Made by a program: the position numbers and the translations under genes
Shown: positions 61,885 to 64,000 of the stretch, one piece after another
Position numbering within the stretch: the first letter of the stretch is position 1
Layout of the letters: each line of letters begins with the position of its first letter
Notes under the pieces: model-generated
What the model was told of the DNA's origin: nothing
Database searches by the model: none
The model's input: the letters and a program-made list of their open reading frames with translations, nothing else
Source: the human T2T-CHM13v2.0 reference genome, Homo sapiens
NCBI RefSeq assembly: GCF_009914755.1
Contig: NC_060926.1
Strand: one strand, 5' to 3'
Length of the DNA stretch: 64,000 nt

Positions 61885-64000
61885 AAAGCAACAGAGGTAC
61901 TGTCAGTGAAAATGGCAAAGTTAGGGACATTTGAAAATTCTAACAAGAACAAGAAAATTGGCAGCATCAGAATAAACTTTCTAAGAACTCTGGCAATTAA
62001 CCAAAAGCTTGCAGCAATCTCCAAAAGCTTGCAGCAATCCATGGAATGTTAATACATTTTTAAAAAGCTGAATCTCAACAAGAACAGTGAAATATGTGGC
62101 ATTTAACTTTTCTATTCTCATTCTCTTCTCTCCAGCTCTGTGACAGCACTATAACCAACAGCCCAATCACAGTGAAAATCAGCAGCCTGACAGGCAATAA
62201 GGGTGGCAGAACAATGCTGCAGCTCCTCGAAAGCCTGATTTCCAGAGAACTGTCTTTATCTGATCTGTGTGGTGAGTCCCAGTGAGGCCCCACCTGGAAG
62301 GCTACTTTTATTTGACCTGACTCAGAGCTTTCCCACTGTGAAAAGCCTCGACCCTGGTAACAGTTGTCAAAAACCTTTAGGGGAAATTTTTAAAAATTTG
62401 GCTGCAGAACAATGTGGTAGATGACAGTTGGGCCAAACAATAAGCAGACCCAAAAGTTTAAAAGGAAAAGTTGGGAATAAGATGTCCACAGGGGCTGTAA
62501 AAAGTGTTGACACCTTCCTGCCAATCTAGAAGGTCCTGTGTACGCATCGGGCTCTGGCTCTGCCTGTGCTCAGAAGAAACCTGAGACATCCCTAAGCTCT
62601 CACACCTGGGGCTGACCCCAGGCTTTGTGTAAACAGGAGGGGAAGGCTAAGGAACAGCTGTCAACTGCCCGGCTGAGTGTTTTGATGTGCCCCAACACAC
62701 ACATATGTACGCAAATACACAGGCCTCTCAACAAAGATGGGGAGAATTACTGGTTCCAGGTTTTTAAGGAAATCTCTGTTCAATCATTAGATGACTATGA
62801 AGCTCACCACACGGAGACTTCAGTAGCCATGCACCACAAATAATATAGATTTAAAATAACTTGTTCAGAAAGCCACTAAACAAACAGCAACAAAAACAAC
62901 AACAAACCTTAGGGAGGGGAAAATCTAATTTCCAGAGTTGCCACCTTATATGTTAGTTGTCCAGTTTTCAACAAAAAATTGAGAGACATACAAAGAAACA
63001 AAAAAGTATAAAGGGACAAAAAGTATTTAATAGAAACTGCCCTTGAGAAAGCCCAGGTTTTAGAATTACTGAATAATTTAATTCAGCTATATTAAATATA
63101 TTCAAAGAACTAAAGGAAATAATGTCCAAAGAACTAAAAGTCACACCAAATGGAGAATATTAAGAAGAGAAAGAAATTATTAAAATAACCAAATAGAAAA
63201 GCACAGTAACTGAAATGAGCCCCTCCCACTGCCCAGTTTTCAAATAAATTTAAAGAAACAAGAAAGTATGGCTCATACATAGGAAAAAATGCAATCAACA
63301 GTAATGGTCCCTGAGGACAGGACTTACTAGAAGACTTTAAATAAGCTATTTTAAATATGTTCAAAGGAAAAAAGGAAACCACGTGCAAAACTAAAGTATG
63401 AGAACAACGCTTCACCAAACAGAAAATATCAATAAAGAGAAAGAAACTGGAAAAAACAAGCAAATTGAAATTCTGGACATAAAAGTACAATAACTAAAAT
63501 AATTCATCAGAGGGGCTCAATAGCATATTTTGGCAGGCAAAGGAAAGAATCAGCAAACTCAAAAATAGGTTGGTTAAGATTATCCAGTCTGGGAAACAGA
63601 AATAAAAATGAAGAAAAATGAAAAGAGCCTGAGTGACTACAAAACACCATCTGTACAACAGGAGTCTCAGAAGAGGAGAGAAAAAAAGGCATGAAGAATA
63701 TTTGAAGAATAGGTGACATTAGTCCAAACTAAACTATTACAAGTTGATGTTAATTGTAATTCTCACAGCAACTATTAAAAAATAAATTTTAAAAATTCAG
63801 ACTTTAAGATAAAAATTGCTACAAGAGGAAAAAAGACATTTAATAATAATAAAGGGATCACTCCATTAAGATGACATAATTATAAACATACGTGAACCTA
63901 ACAAGAGAGCTCCAAAACACAGGAAATAAAAACATGCAGGATGAAGGGATAAAGAAGAAATTCAATAAAAATATTTGGAGAATTCAATATCCCACTTTCA
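61885..64000 (+). mobile_element. Old L1M 5' region, ORF1 remnant and start of ORF2 (runs off the window)
   Basis: ORF1-like (GAAATTCTGGACATAAAAGTACAATAACT…GGGCTCAATAGCA) and EN-like (CAGACTTTAAG…ATAATAAAGGGATCA…GAATTCAATATCCCACTTTCA) motifs. Confidence 0.7.

Overview
Primate (very probably human) euchromatic DNA, almost entirely intronic and mostly interspersed repeats. Three short minus-strand exons (53645-53706, 34877-34917, 14271-14339) splice in frame to AFVQSESIIEVLRFDDGGLLQ-TETTLGLSSYQQK-SISLYRGNCRPIRFEPPMLDFHE(Q), which I recognise as the N-terminal part of TMEM131 (exons 2-4; numbering from memory). The long ORFs in the ORF track that I could assign are decayed LINE-1 or Alu read-through. 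I see no new gene system. Several unusual rearrangement scars stand out: (1) two inverted L1PA copies flanking exon 4 share the same stop codons, frameshifts and a FADD-to-FADE change in the reverse transcriptase active site, implying gene conversion or a common dead template; (2) a ~129-bp alpha-satellite fragment sits inside an L1 5'UTR repeat; (3) a TSD-flanked Alu-unique-Alu cassette looks like a chimeric retrotranscript; (4) a tail-less, internally deleted L1PA patch looks like break-repair filler; (5) a U7 snRNA retrocopy; (6) a candidate poison exon. Repeat subfamily names and most repeat boundaries are by-eye estimates.
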